Shown here: positions 11,539 through 25,018 of the stretch, in pieces | How the letters are laid out: every line of letters begins with the position of its first letter | Numbering within the stretch: the first letter of the stretch is position 1 | Assembly (NCBI GenBank): GCA_964016885.1 | Contig: OZ024743.1 | Coordinates: 79,608,001 to 79,672,000 of the forward strand | DNA from: Eledone cirrhosa | Taxonomy: Eukaryota | Reading direction: 5' to 3' | Length of the DNA stretch: 64,000 nt | The notes under the pieces: model-generated | The model's input: only the letters and a program-made list of their open reading frames with translations | Told to the model about the DNA's origin: nothing | Databases searched by the model: none | Made by a program: the position numbers and the translations under genes

Positions 11539-12645
11539 CCCACCAACACACCACCATCCCACCATCCCACCATCCAACCACACCACCACACCACCATTCC
11601 ACCACACCACCATCCCACCATCCCAGCATCCAACCACACCACCACACCACCATTCCACCATCCCAGCATCCAACCACACCACCATCCCACCACACCACCA
11701 TCCCACCACACTACCACACCACCATTCCACCATCCCACCATCCCACCATCCCACCATCCCACCATCCCACCATCCAACCACACCGCCATCCCACCACACC
11801 ACCACACCACCTCACCACCATCCCACCATCCCACCATCCCACCATCCCACTATCCCACCATTACACCACCACACCACCACACCACCACACCACCACACCA
11901 CCACTCCACCATTCCATCACACCACCATCCCACCATCCCACCATCCCACCATCCCACCATCCCACCATCCCACCACCACACCACCATCCCACCATCCCAC
12001 CACACCACCATCCCACCATCCCACCACACCACCATCCCACCACACCACCAACCCACCATACCGCCATCCCACCATCCCACCATCCCGCCACCACACCACC
12101 ACACCACCATCCCACCATCCCGCCACCACACCACCACACCACCATCCCACCGCACCACACACCACCATCCCACCGTACCACACACCACCATCCCACCATC
12201 CCACCACCACACCACCACACCACCACACCACCATCCCATCACACCACCACAACACCATCACACCATCCCTCCACCACACCACCAATCCAACATCCCACCA
12301 CACCACCACACCACCATCCCACAATCCCAACATCCCACCACACCTCCATCCCACCATCCAACCACACCTCCATCCCACCATCCCACCATCCCACCATCCC
12401 ACCATCCCACCATCCCACCATCCCACTATCCAACCACACCTCCATCCCACCATCCCACCATCCCACCATCCCACCATCCCACCATCCCACCATCCCACCA
12501 CACCACCACACCACTATCCCATCACACCACCATCCCACCATCCCACCACACCACCACACCACTATCCCATCACACCACCATCCCACCATCCCACCGCACC
12601 ACCACACCACCTCACCACCATCCCACCACACCACCATCCCACCAT
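11539..12645. repeat. C/A-rich degenerate minisatellite (CCCACCAT / CCACACCA units)
   Basis: About 1.1 kb of 8-mer and 11-mer variants, which generates spurious His/Pro/Thr ORFs. Confidence 0.95.
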
Positions 12646-13981
12646 TTCCCTTCCCATGCCAACTCAACAATAAAAACAAGATGTTCCCACGATGGCTGTA
12701 AAAATATGTCTATATTAGTTTCCCTTCAACTCCATTCTCTCCTACATAAAGTGAATTAGAACCCTTTCTTCTCCTATACAAAAAAGCACTAAACTACGGT
12801 ATATAAACACACACACACACACACACACTCTCTCTCTCTCTCTCTCTTACACACACACAAACTCTCTCTCTCTCTCTCTCTTGCACACACACATATATAT
12901 ATGTTTATATAATATTTTCAGACGAACTACCTATTAATTTCCTGCCTATGTTTGGACAAGAATTAATGATTCACGTGCGCAGAATATATTCTCGATTATT
13001 TGTGCTTCTACATTTGCAGAAATAGAGTAACTTTTAAAATGTCGTGTTTAGAATGAGTTATAAATAATTAAAATGAAAAGCTAGACAAAATCGATATTAT
13101 ATCTCCAGTTTCGAAAGAGCACATTTACACGCATTCACCGTCTCAACTCGGCTACCTACACCGAAATAAAAATCTGTTGAGTGTTTTCATAGAGAACCGA
13201 CATTAACGTATTTTGATGTGTGGACGATTTTACATAGCAGAAAAGCCAATAACATGTTGCTATACTTGTTAATAAGCTATCAGAAGCTAAAACACACTTT
13301 GCTCACAACTATTTCGATTCCATTCTTCGACTAGAGCGAAGCGAAACCAATTAATACTTCTCCTAACAGTGTGGTATTTTCAAATATATACTAGAGAAAC
13401 ATTTGCACATTTACCAAGTTTGTATCATTTCTCTCAATCAGAGAAGATGGTTCCGTTATGTTATTGCCTTCTATCGCGGTCTTAAAGCAATTTTAAAACT
13501 TACTAACGTGTAGAATTGCTTATATGCATCCAGCTAACGTAGAGTTTAGGTGGAAAGTAATAGCTCGTTTAATAGTTTCTAACTTCCATCACGTTCATAT
13601 TTAAGATGCGTTCAAATTGTGAATCCTTGTGTAATTGAAACCGTTTCCACCAGAAACAAGTGTTCTTAATAAAAACTATATTATTTTCTGAACTTATCCA
13701 TATACACAGCTAATCATATAACTGCTCCTCTCTCTGTATATCTGTATTTATCTCACTTTCCCTACCTCCCACCTTTCCTCTCTCCTCTCTGTTAGATACA
13801 TGTTAACCAGCTACCAACCAATGTATTTATCCACTTCACTCTATCTCTTTCTGCCTATCTTTCTCACACACAGTTCTTATTTTCCCTGTCTATATATGTT
13901 ATAATATTTATACGTATATACAAATACACACACTTACACACACGCACACACACACGCACACACACATATATATACATATAT

Positions 13982-14056
<75 letters not shown>

Positions 14057-14068
14057 GATATACATGTG

Positions 14069-14117
<49 letters not shown>

Positions 14118-15379
14118 GTATACATATTATTTAGGTATATAGAATGATATGTGTATGCTTGTGTGTTTCTATATATGTGAGCGTACGTTTGATTATTTGT
14201 GTATGTATATGTGTGCATGTATATGTGTGTGTGTATGTATATGAGTATATGTGTGTATGTGGTTCCCTGTTGGGTCTTATTATGATGGACAATCGTTAAT
14301 TTCTGCTTTTTATCATATTTTGACGAAATGCAAATAAATAAAGGACAGGCGATATCTTCTTCATCCTCGAAAGATTTCTACAAAGACGAGTGATTGATTA
14401 GAGTAGGAATCCGCTATGACCTACAGATAATTGTTCTCTTTCTACAGTAAAGTCAGCTCTGGGAAAATTAGGCACATGATGTGAACATGATCTGACATTT
14501 AGTTGAAATCTGAAGGAAATTTACTGACCGGCTAAAGATTTTATGACAATCCCCAAACGTTTATATCATTTTACCTGCTCCTATGAACTCACTTTGTCCT
14601 ACTCCCCCATACAAATAATAAGCTGCCCAACAATTACTCTCTTACTATATTTCCATTATATTGATTAATTCTGTGTATTGAAAAATGATGGAGTAAATGT
14701 CCTTATTGTTTGTCTTAGTTTGAATAGAGTGAATTAGATTAGATTAGTTAATTGTTAATCTATATAGAGCCAATTTATCGTTAATTGCTAATCGATATAA
14801 ACCTAATTTATTGAAACACTGATCCAACGTTATTAAATATTGATTTCCTACATAGAAAGCTTCAAGATTAGTAGATATGGACAGTCGATTATACCGACTG
14901 TAGTACTAGACTTGTACATTGTTTTATCAGCCAGGAATTGACGAGAGTGACAGATGACCCCGCTGGGATTTGAACTTATGTAGAGCTGAAACAAATGTTT
15001 CAAGGCAGCTTCTCCAACGTTCTCACCATTCAACAATTCGCCATTTTGTATGACGCTTTAGTTTTATTGTAAATCCTCAGACACCCTAACCAAGAAAACA
15101 AACAGTTAAGTACTGTGTACCATATTTCACGGGGCCAAATGAAAACAATATTTGATCACTTCAAATTATACACATAATGAGATGAAATTTCATTAGCGCT
15201 AATGATAAATATTCTCGCTAGGGGCAAGGTAGAGAACTCCAGATTTAGTTCAAATTTTAATTAAGCTGGCAAGGAGAAATTTGTCTGAAATTTGGTAGCT
15301 ATATGTATGTATGTATGTTTGTATGTATGTATGTATGTATGTATGTATGTATGTATGTATGTATGTATGTATGTATGTA

Positions 15380-15436
<57 letters not shown>

Positions 15437-15898
15437 ATGTATGTATGTATGTATGTATGTATGTGTGTGTATGTATGTATATATGTATGTATCTATGTAT
15501 GTATATATGTATGTATGTGCATGATTAAATTGTACCTGGCGAGAGGTCAATATATTTATATTATGACATGTTATTTTCATATTCATACACACACACACAC
15601 ACGCACACACGCACACGCACACACATACACACGTACACACACATATATATACATACATACACATACATACACATGTATGTATATATATAGATATAGGTGT
15701 GTGTATGTGTGTATATACATATGTACATACCTATATATGTATGCATACATACACATACATATATATATATACATACAAATGTGTGTATATATATATATAG
15801 ACACACACTTACATATATATACATACAAATGTGTGTATATATATACATATATACACATACATACATCACACACGTACACTCTCACACACTCTCACACA

Positions 15899-15937
<39 letters not shown>

Positions 15938-15948
15938 ATATATATATT

Positions 15949-16030
15949 TACAGGGTGTTCCTGAAAATATATACACACTTTGATTACAATGCTGTTGAAG
16001 TGTGTCTACATTTTTTGGAGACACCATGTA
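15949..16030. mobile_element. ~80-bp Tc1/mariner-type MITE
   Basis: TA-CAGGGTGTTCCTGAAAATATATACACACTT...AAGTGTGTCTACATTTTTTGGAGACACCATG-TA: ~30-bp imperfect TIRs with a TA target duplication. Confidence 0.7.
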
Positions 16031-16064
16031 TATATAAATACACACACACGCACACACACACACT

Positions 16065-16096
<32 letters not shown>

Positions 16097-16500
16097 AAGC
16101 TTTAATTCAATGAAAGACAACAACGTTCTCTGTGTATTTAAAGTAGGAGTTTACCGTCCCCCACCGCCACCTACTTCCGTTGTCACCTCCATCATCACGT
16201 GAGAAGCAGGGAAGACCACACATCACGGTAACTTGATCTGTAATTCCACTTTAAATCTAATGAATCATTCATTTCTCTCGCCAACCACTTTACCAGTCTG
16301 TACAGGTTCGAGATGAAACCACGCCACAACATAGAAACTATTTTTTAAACTTTCATTCTTTCATTACATTTTATTTTGGTTCTTTTTTGTGACATTTTTT
16401 TAAATTTTTGTTGTTGTTGTTGGCATTAATGTTGTTGCTGTTATTATTGTTGTTGTTGTTATTGATGATGTTGTTGTTGTAACTGTTGTGGTCGTTGTTT

Positions 16501-16571
<71 letters not shown>

Positions 16572-16639
16572 AATGGTTTTATTTTTGCTAATATCTTTTT
16601 CGACCTTTCGCTCTCAGTTAATTCCTCTTTTGTATGTTA

Positions 16640-16790
16640 TGTGAAGGTAGATGGCTTAGTGGTTAGAGCATTGGACTTGCAATCGAAAGGTTGTGAGTTC
16701 AATTCTCAGACCGGGTGTGTGTTGTTTCCTTGAGCAAGACACTTTATTTCACGTTGCTCCAGTTTACTCAGCTGTAGAAATGAGATGATA
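16640..16790 (+). mobile_element. tRNA-derived SINE (V-domain-like)
   Basis: A-box TGGCTTAGTGG, B-box GAGTTCAATTC, then CCTTGAGCAAGACACTT. A second degenerate head starts at about 16899. Confidence 0.7.
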
Positions 16791-17126
16791 GGACTGAGGT
16801 CCCTGTCATTAAATTACCCAAGACACCCCCAACGAGATACAGCTTGGAGGAGGCCAGCTAAACCTTCATAGGTGTGAGCTGTCACACACACATGTTATGT
16901 GAAGGTAGATGGCTTACTGGTAACTGTTTTGGACTGATAAACATAAGTTCGTGAGTTCGATCCTTGTGTTCTTGAGCAATACATTTTGTTTCCTTATCCC
17001 TCCCCCCATATATATATCACACACCATGTCTCTGTGCCTCGATCCTTCTTCGAATGATACTCCATAGCTATCCTTCTCTCCTTTGTTCACACACACACAC
17101 ACACACATACGCACACACATATATAT

Positions 17127-17205
<79 letters not shown>

Positions 17206-17472
17206 CAAGTAGAATCAAGTCAGCGTTGCAGCATGTATAGAAACTTTATTGGCATATTACAATTGTTCCAATATCGATCAGCTTAGGGTACAATCATAAT
17301 GACCGGGGTCCAACTCTTCTTCGACATCTCTTCAGATATACGAGTTTATATGTGCGAAGACACATCGAAACGCTTGACAGAGAACCCAGGATCCTTTTAT
17401 ATACACTTCTTGTAACAGTAGTTACACATTTAACACACACACACACAAACACTCACACACAAACACGCGCGC

Positions 17473-17560
<88 letters not shown>

Positions 17561-17569
17561 ACATATATA

Positions 17570-18011
17570 TATAATAGAATAAGGATTTAGCTTCATGCAT
17601 AGCTGTATACAGATATGTATTGGAATTTCGTATTTCTAAAGAAATACGGTATGCTTATAAATAAACATTTAGAAAGCCGTAGCAGTGCAAAAATACCTGG
17701 TGGTGTCCAGCAGAAACAAGAGGGACAATCGCCGATGCATTTTGATCTGAACTGGTTCTCATCAGGACTATCCTTCCAACTCTTGCAACTGCTGGACTTG
17801 GAAACAGACGAGAATATATAGTTTTCTCGCCTGTGTAAATGAGGTGATTAATCTCATTTGTATATGAAGCTGCATAAGTTGGCTCAACTTATAATAGAAT
17901 AAAGATTTAGCTTCGAGTATAGCTTTATACAGGTATGTATTAGAATTTCGTATTTCTAAAGAAATACGGTATGTTTATAAATAAACATTTAGAAAGCCGT
18001 AGCTATGCAAA
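17570..18011 (-). mobile_element. Short element with ~120-bp direct repeats and a degenerate hammerhead (Penelope pLTR/retrozyme-like)
   Basis: Repeats at 17570-17690 and 17890-18011. Minus strand 17767-17732 reads CTGATGA GAACCAGTTCAGATC AAAA TGCA TC. Confidence 0.5.
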
Positions 18012-18449
18012 CACATTAATAATTAGGATAATAGACAAAGAGAAGTCAAAGGAAAACAAGACGATCGAAGATAGTAGGAAGAAAACATTTTAAAAGAGGA
18101 AACCTTAAAGTTCTTTTTTTTTAATATAAAACAATGGCAAAAAATGCAAACGAAAGACAGAACTCGAAAGTCTTCAGCCGTTGATATGGACTTAAACAGT
18201 TTAGACCCTTTCCAACGGTACTTCTGGACTACCCGGGGTCACAGTGTCTGACAAACAAGGCCAAAGCGCACTCCCTGTATTTATACATGTATATACATTT
18301 ACAAACATATCCCCCCCACACATATCCCCCCATATATATATATTAGAAAGTGAGGTTAGAAGAACTGCGAAACCGGTAAAGGAACCAAATAAATATATAT
18401 TTTTAAAAAAAATAAGACTTCAGTTGCATTTTCGATTTCATCCCTTTTT

Positions 18450-18519
<70 letters not shown>

Positions 18520-19040
18520 CATATATATGATTTATTTTTTTACTACTAAACATTCACCTTCTATAGAATGTTGGTGAGTTGCTAAAGTGTATCAGCAATA
18601 AATATGTTTTACTTCTACAACACACAAGATGTTTTAACAGTTTCTTTCGTACTATCCCTAATAATACCTAAGTATCAAAATGTAACAGGATATTCTATTG
18701 ATCGAATCACTATAGGGGTCCACCAGATTAGGAATGAAAGGGGCCCAAAGGTAAACATGGTGAGAATTACTGGTTTAAGTTATATGTCTGTTAATTTTCT
18801 TCGTCTCTCTCCAGCAAGTTGTCTCTTGTAATCTAACAGTTACACTTGGTCACATTGCCCTGGACACTACCTAGACTATTTTACCTGGTTATCAACTTCT
18901 ACCCTCTTATGGGGTACTGGATTATGGAAACACCGACATCTGACCCAGCAATTAGTTACCATATATACACTATGAGCACAAAATCTTTGATACCACAAAA
19001 GACACTGAGCTTTCTGTTTCATAGATGTCATTTTCTTACT

Positions 19041-19856
19041 GAAAATTACAACTATTTCCTGTAGAAGAGAAAATTACAACTACTTCCTGTAGAAGAGAAA
19101 ATTACAACTACTTCCTGTAGAAGAGAAAATTACGACTACTTCCTATAGAAGAGAAAATTACAACTACTTCCTGTAGAAGAGGAAATTACAACTACTTCCC
19201 GTAGAAGAGGAAATTACAACTACTTCATGTAGAAGAGAAAATTACGACTGCTTCCTGTAGGAGAGAAAATTACAACTACTTCCTGTAGATGAGGAAATTA
19301 CAACTATTTCTTGTAGAACAGAAAATTACAACTACTTCCTGTAGAAGGGAAATTACAACTACTTCCTGTATAAGGGAAAATTACAACTACTTCCTGTAGC
19401 CGAGAAAATTACAACTACTTCCTGTAGAAGAGAAAATTACAACTACTTCCTGTAGAAGAGAAAATTACAACTACTTCCTGTAGAAGAGAAAATTACGACT
19501 ACTTCCTGAAGAAGAGAAAATTACAACTACTTCCTGTAGAAGAGAAAATTATGACTACTTCCTGAAGAAGAGAAAATTACAACTACTTCCTGTAGAAGAG
19601 AAAATTACAACTACTTCCTGTAGAAGAGAAAATTACGACTACTTCCTGAAGAAGAGAAAATTACAACTACTTCCTGTAGAAGAGAAAATTACGACTACTT
19701 CCTGAAGAAGAGAACATTACAATTACTTCCTGTAGAAGAGAAAATTACAACTACTTCCTGTAGAAGAGAAAATTACAACTACTTCCTGTAGAAGAGAAAA
19801 TTACGACTACTTCCTGAAGAAGAGAAAATTACAACTACTTCCTGTAGAAGAGAAAA
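19041..19856. repeat. 28-bp minisatellite, ~29 copies
   Basis: Unit GTAGAAGAGAAAATTACAACTACTTCCT. Confidence 0.97.
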
Positions 19857-21224
19857 TATAAAACATGTTCAGAAAAACTTTAAACTTGAAATTTATAAAT
19901 TAAAACAATAAAAAAGTAAAATCTCAAATAGTATCCGAGATATGGTATTTTATAATTAGGGAAATACTTTATACTCAGCCTATAATTCAATTGAACATTC
20001 AGCTCGCTAGCGACACCAGATACACAGGATAGAAGTAACACCAGAGACGAAATGTGAAATGGCGTCACTGAGACACTTTCCCGTTCTTACTCCGCTGCCA
20101 CCGACCTTTCAACACGTGACAAGTGAGCCTCCTCCATTTTGTTATATTTATTCTCTATATATTTAATTACACAGTCGTATTTTCGTCATCTCGACACTGC
20201 TCGTAATGGCGAGTTAAGTAAAACTTTTAATAGAAATACTCTCAATTTCTACAATTTGTCTTGATTGCTCTTTTCTCTCGTTTGTACTCACGTCTACACA
20301 CACACACACACACACACATATGCACACATACACAGACACATATACACACACACATACACAAACGCACAAAAACACACACGTATATATTATATATATATCT
20401 GTCCCTTACACCCCCTCCATATACTCCACAACATAAATACCCCCATTTCCCCCACACCCATCACACTCTCTCCTCCTCCCTGACTCTCTCTTTACCTCTC
20501 TTTCCCTCTCACCCTCTCTCCCTCTGTCTCCATTTGTCTACATCTCTCCCTCTGTCTCCCTCTCTCACCATCTCTCCCTCTCCCCCCTACCCTCTCTTCC
20601 TCTCTCTCCATCTCCCCTCTCTCCCTCTCTTTCTCTCCCTCTCCCCTCTTCCCCTCTCCCCTCTTCCTCTCTCCCTCCCTCTCACCCTGTCTATATTCAC
20701 TCTACTTCTTCCATATTTATGATCTATATAACCAAAGTACGTCTTTCCACAAATCTTAAACAACAAAAACACCCGACATTTGAAACGCAGATTAAGAGGA
20801 GAACTTAAAAGCCAGCAATTGTGATAGGTGGCAGCACTATAAAATATGCAAATTAGCACTCTATATACAGAACAACTGGCTATCAGAGACAGCAAAACAG
20901 GATATAATAACATAAAATATAGAGCAAAGTGGATAATATCTCGGCTTAATTGTACCAGTCGCTTTTAAAGGTTTCTAGAAAATTCTGGGGTGAATGTCAT
21001 GCCTGGATGTGATTTATGGCACAAGGGAGGGTGGTAGGCTATCAAATTGTTTTACCGTCTGGTAGAAACACCCACCACCTGCTAACAATCAAATGTGGGT
21101 GTATATATATATATATATATATATACATGAATATAAATATATACATGAATATATATATATATATATATATATTTATACACACACACATGCGCACACGCGC
21201 ACATTTATACACACACACACACAT

Positions 21225-21260
<36 letters not shown>

Positions 21261-21338
21261 GTGTGTGCGTGTGTATATATATATATAAATGTGCGCGTGT
21301 GCGCATGTGTGTGTATAAATATATACATATATTCATGT

Positions 21339-21372
<34 letters not shown>

Positions 21373-21570
21373 ACATGAATATATATGTATACATATATAT
21401 ATACATGAATATATATGTATACATATATATATATACATCAATATATATATATATTCATGTATATATATGTATATGTATATATATATGTGTATGTGTGTGT
21501 GTGCGTGTATGTCTCTCTCTCTCTCTCTCTCTCGTTGTCTCTGTGTTTCTCGCTTTCTCTTTATATATTT

Positions 21571-22798
21571 ACAAGGTCGACCACAGAATGATATGTCACA
21601 AATTACACAGACTCGGCTTAACTGGAAAAGTAGGTGAGTGGCTGCATGATTTCTTAAAAGACAGAAACTAGACAGTTACAGCGAATGGGGCCCTCTCAAA
21701 GGAAACATCAATAACAAGTGGGGTACCCCAGGGCACAGTCTTGGGATCACTACTCTTTTTTAGTAGATCTCTCAGACATGCCCTCTGTAGTACAAAGAAC
21801 ATCACTCACTAGCTATGCTGATGACACTAAGGTAGCACAAGCAATCAAAAGCTCGACTGGTGCTGCCCTTTTACAAGATCTGGATGCCATATACAAATGG
21901 GCTGAGGACAACAACATGTAGTTTAATGCTGGAAATGTCAAGCCCTACAATACCAACCTGCAAACACAAATACAATACAACACAGCTACACCGGACCAGG
22001 AGGGATAGAAATTCCCGTGTTAAAATCGATACGAGATCTGGGGATAGACATGAGCGACGATGCATCCTTTTCTTCACACATCATGAGGGTGGCGATAATG
22101 TGCAGACGACTCGCTGGCTGGATCTTGAGGACTTTCCAGTCAAGAGACCGAGAGACCATGTTGATACTATGGAGGACATTTGTACTAAGCCGCCTGGACT
22201 ATTGCTCCCAGTTGTGGTCACCCCATAGTGTCAAACTAACCACGGAGCTTGGGGCAATCCAACGAAGCTACACCAAGAGGATTGCCACGATGAAGGAGAT
22301 GAGCTACTGGGAGAGGCTAAAATAACTGAAACTCTACTCTTTGGAACGAAGACGGGAGAAATACGCAGTGACATACATATGGAAAATCCTGGAGGGACCA
22401 GCACCAAACTTTGGCATTGAGAGCTGGACCAACCCTCGAACAGGACGTCACTGTGTGGTGCCAATGGTCCCGTCTTTCACGTCTAGACTAAGGAGAAGAT
22501 ATTGCGATAGCCTGGGGTTCAAAGGCCGTCAACTCTTCAGCAAGCTGGCAAGGAATTTGAGAGATCTGCATGGTGTGGACGTGGATGTTTTCAAGAAATA
22601 TCTCGACACACTGCTATCCAAGATCATGGATGATCCCACAGCACAGTACGAAGGTAATCTAAGGGCAGCAGCAACGAACTCCCTCTTATAACAATGGCCA
22701 GCCAACACAGGCTGGAGTTAGAATGTGTAGCAACAAGGGCGGTGCCCCAGCATGGCCTCAGCCGAATGGCTGGAACAAGTAAAAGAGTAAAAGAGTAA
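21571..22798 (+). mobile_element. 5'-truncated CR1-group LINE (RT C-terminal part), decayed
   Basis: KVDH...SGVPQGTVLG...YADDTK...DLGI...SRLDYCSQLWSP across frames with stops, ending in a short GTAAAAGA-repeat tail. Confidence 0.9.
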
Positions 22799-23416
22799 TA
22801 TATATATTTGTGACCTGTTCTTTCTTTCTCCCTATCTATTTTGTTGCTATCAACTCTTCCCCTTTCTTCCTTTCTCTCCCTTCCTTCCTCTCATTTTTAT
22901 TCTCCTTCTCTCTGCTAGCCACCCTACTATCCCACTAGCTGTCTCTTTCTCAGTTACTCTGAGGTCAGACGTGTTTTTTCTCGTCCACACAGCCTCGGAC
23001 TTAAGTTCAGTACTTGATGTCGACTTTAATTTTTTCTCTCTATTCGAGTTGCTCACATACATATGCTTTCGGGTTTCCCTCTTCGGTTTGTTGTTTTCCG
23101 TTTTATTTCGGTGTTTTTTTTTCCCCTTTTTCTTCCCTTTTCCCTTCTGTTATATATTTCGTTCTCTCACTCCTTTTTTCCCCAATAACTACCTTTAGAT
23201 ATTGACGAAACTGGGGCTAAATATTTGTCTTTAATGGGTAGAAATATCCATGATCCCCAGCGAACAATTGATGAAGGAAAATTTTCCCCCGTTTGTGCTT
23301 TCCTCTTTCCCCGTTTCGTCGGGGTCCTGAATCTTTCATATTACCTACTCCTCTATTCCAAGTGTCGAGTACTCTGGTGCGTTATGGTCCACCTGGTATC
23401 TTACCAAACCCCTTTG

Positions 23417-23483
<67 letters not shown>

Positions 23484-23947
23484 TATGTATATATACTTAT
23501 TAAAATAATAGATTAAAGTTTAAGCAAATAATCGCTGCTTTCCCCCTTAACAGGTTCTTATATATTTGATATATATTTATCCTTATCGAGCCCTCTTTGG
23601 ATTTTAGTCTTCAAATTTATTATTATTACTATATATATATAATATAAATATATAAACAATACATATACAAGCACATCAATAACTATATATTAAAAAGTTT
23701 TTACCACACATATAAAGGCTAACTCTAGTATACTCACATACACTAACACATAAATATATATACTACACAGTGGGCTGGTGTTCTAGTCTAATATACACAC
23801 ATGCACTAACACACAGATATATATACTACACAGTGAGCTGGTGTACACGCATACACTAACACATAGATATATATACTACACGGTGGGCTGGTGTTCTAGT
23901 CCTGCAGAAGTCATTTCTGTAGGAAATAATATATAACTGTTTCTACT

Positions 23948-24110
23948 TTTGGCACAAGGCCAGCAATTATCCCAGTGGTACTTTATTGTATCGACCCCGT
24001 AAGGATGAATGGCAAAGTTAACCTCGGCGGGATTTGAACTGAGATCGTAAAAGGATCGTAATTCTATGCTGCAAAGAATGGTGTCTGACCCTCTACCGAC
24101 ACTGCCAATC
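23948..24110 (-). mobile_element. Nin/Deu-like SINE
   Basis: Same family as 443-611. Confidence 0.75.
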
Positions 24111-24141
24111 CGAAATAATAAATAAAACAATTATAAGAGAG

Positions 24142-24176
<35 letters not shown>

Positions 24177-24616
24177 TAGAGAGAGGGAGAGAGAGTGATA
24201 GCTAGTGGGAGATAGAGAGATAGATTGATATATATATAGAGATACATAGATAGAGAGAGTGTGTGAGAGAGAGAGTGAGTGTGTGTGAGAGAGAGAGGGA
24301 GTGTGTGTGTGAAAGAGAGAGAGAGAGAGTGTGTGTGTGTGAGAGAGAGAGTGTGTGTGTGAGAGGGAGAGTGAGTGTGTGTGTGAGAGAGAGTGTGTGA
24401 GAGAGAGAGTGTGTGTGTGAGAGAGAGAGGGAGTGTGTGTGTGTGTGAGAGAGTGTGTGTGAGAGAGAGAGAGAGTGTGTGTGTGGTGTGTGAGAGAGAG
24501 TGTGTGTGAGAGAGAGAGTGTGTGTGTGAGTGAGAGAGAGGGAGTGTGTGTGAGAGAGAAGTGTGTGTGAGAGAGTGAGAGAGAGTGAGAGAGTGTGTGA
24601 GAGAGAGAGAGTGAGA

Positions 24617-24680
<64 letters not shown>

Positions 24681-24799
24681 CCTCAAAGAAAGTGTTGGTC
24701 CACTTGAGAGACTCCATTATTTTATGTCTTTGAAGCTTTCATATCAGTTGTTGAGGAAAATGTTGGGATGTCTGCCACAGCTGACTTTCTACACTGAAA

Positions 24800-25018
24800 T
24801 CAACCTCTCTCTCCCCTTCTATATATCTACACAGTCTCTCTCTCCCCTTCTATCTATCTACTACACCTCTCTCCCCCTCTATCTATCTACTACGTCTTTC
24901 TCCCCCTTCTATCTATCTACTACGTCTCTCTCTCTCCCCTTCTATCTATCTACTACGTCTCTCTCTCTCCTTTTTTATCACTCTACTACCTCTCTCTCCC
25001 ATTCTATCTATCTACTAC
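24800..25018. repeat. ~31-bp pyrimidine-rich minisatellite, left part
   Basis: Unit TTCTATCTATCTACTACGTCTCTCTCTCCCC, continuing after the LINE at 28830. Confidence 0.9.

Noticed and set aside
11422-12759. 445-aa His/Pro/Thr-rich ORF and overlapping Trp/Gly-rich ORFs
   Set aside because: Stop-free frames arise from a C/A-rich minisatellite. All frames are open and there is no domain.
19041-19856. 28-bp repeats as a CRISPR array
   Set aside because: No spacers; an ordinary minisatellite in eukaryotic DNA.
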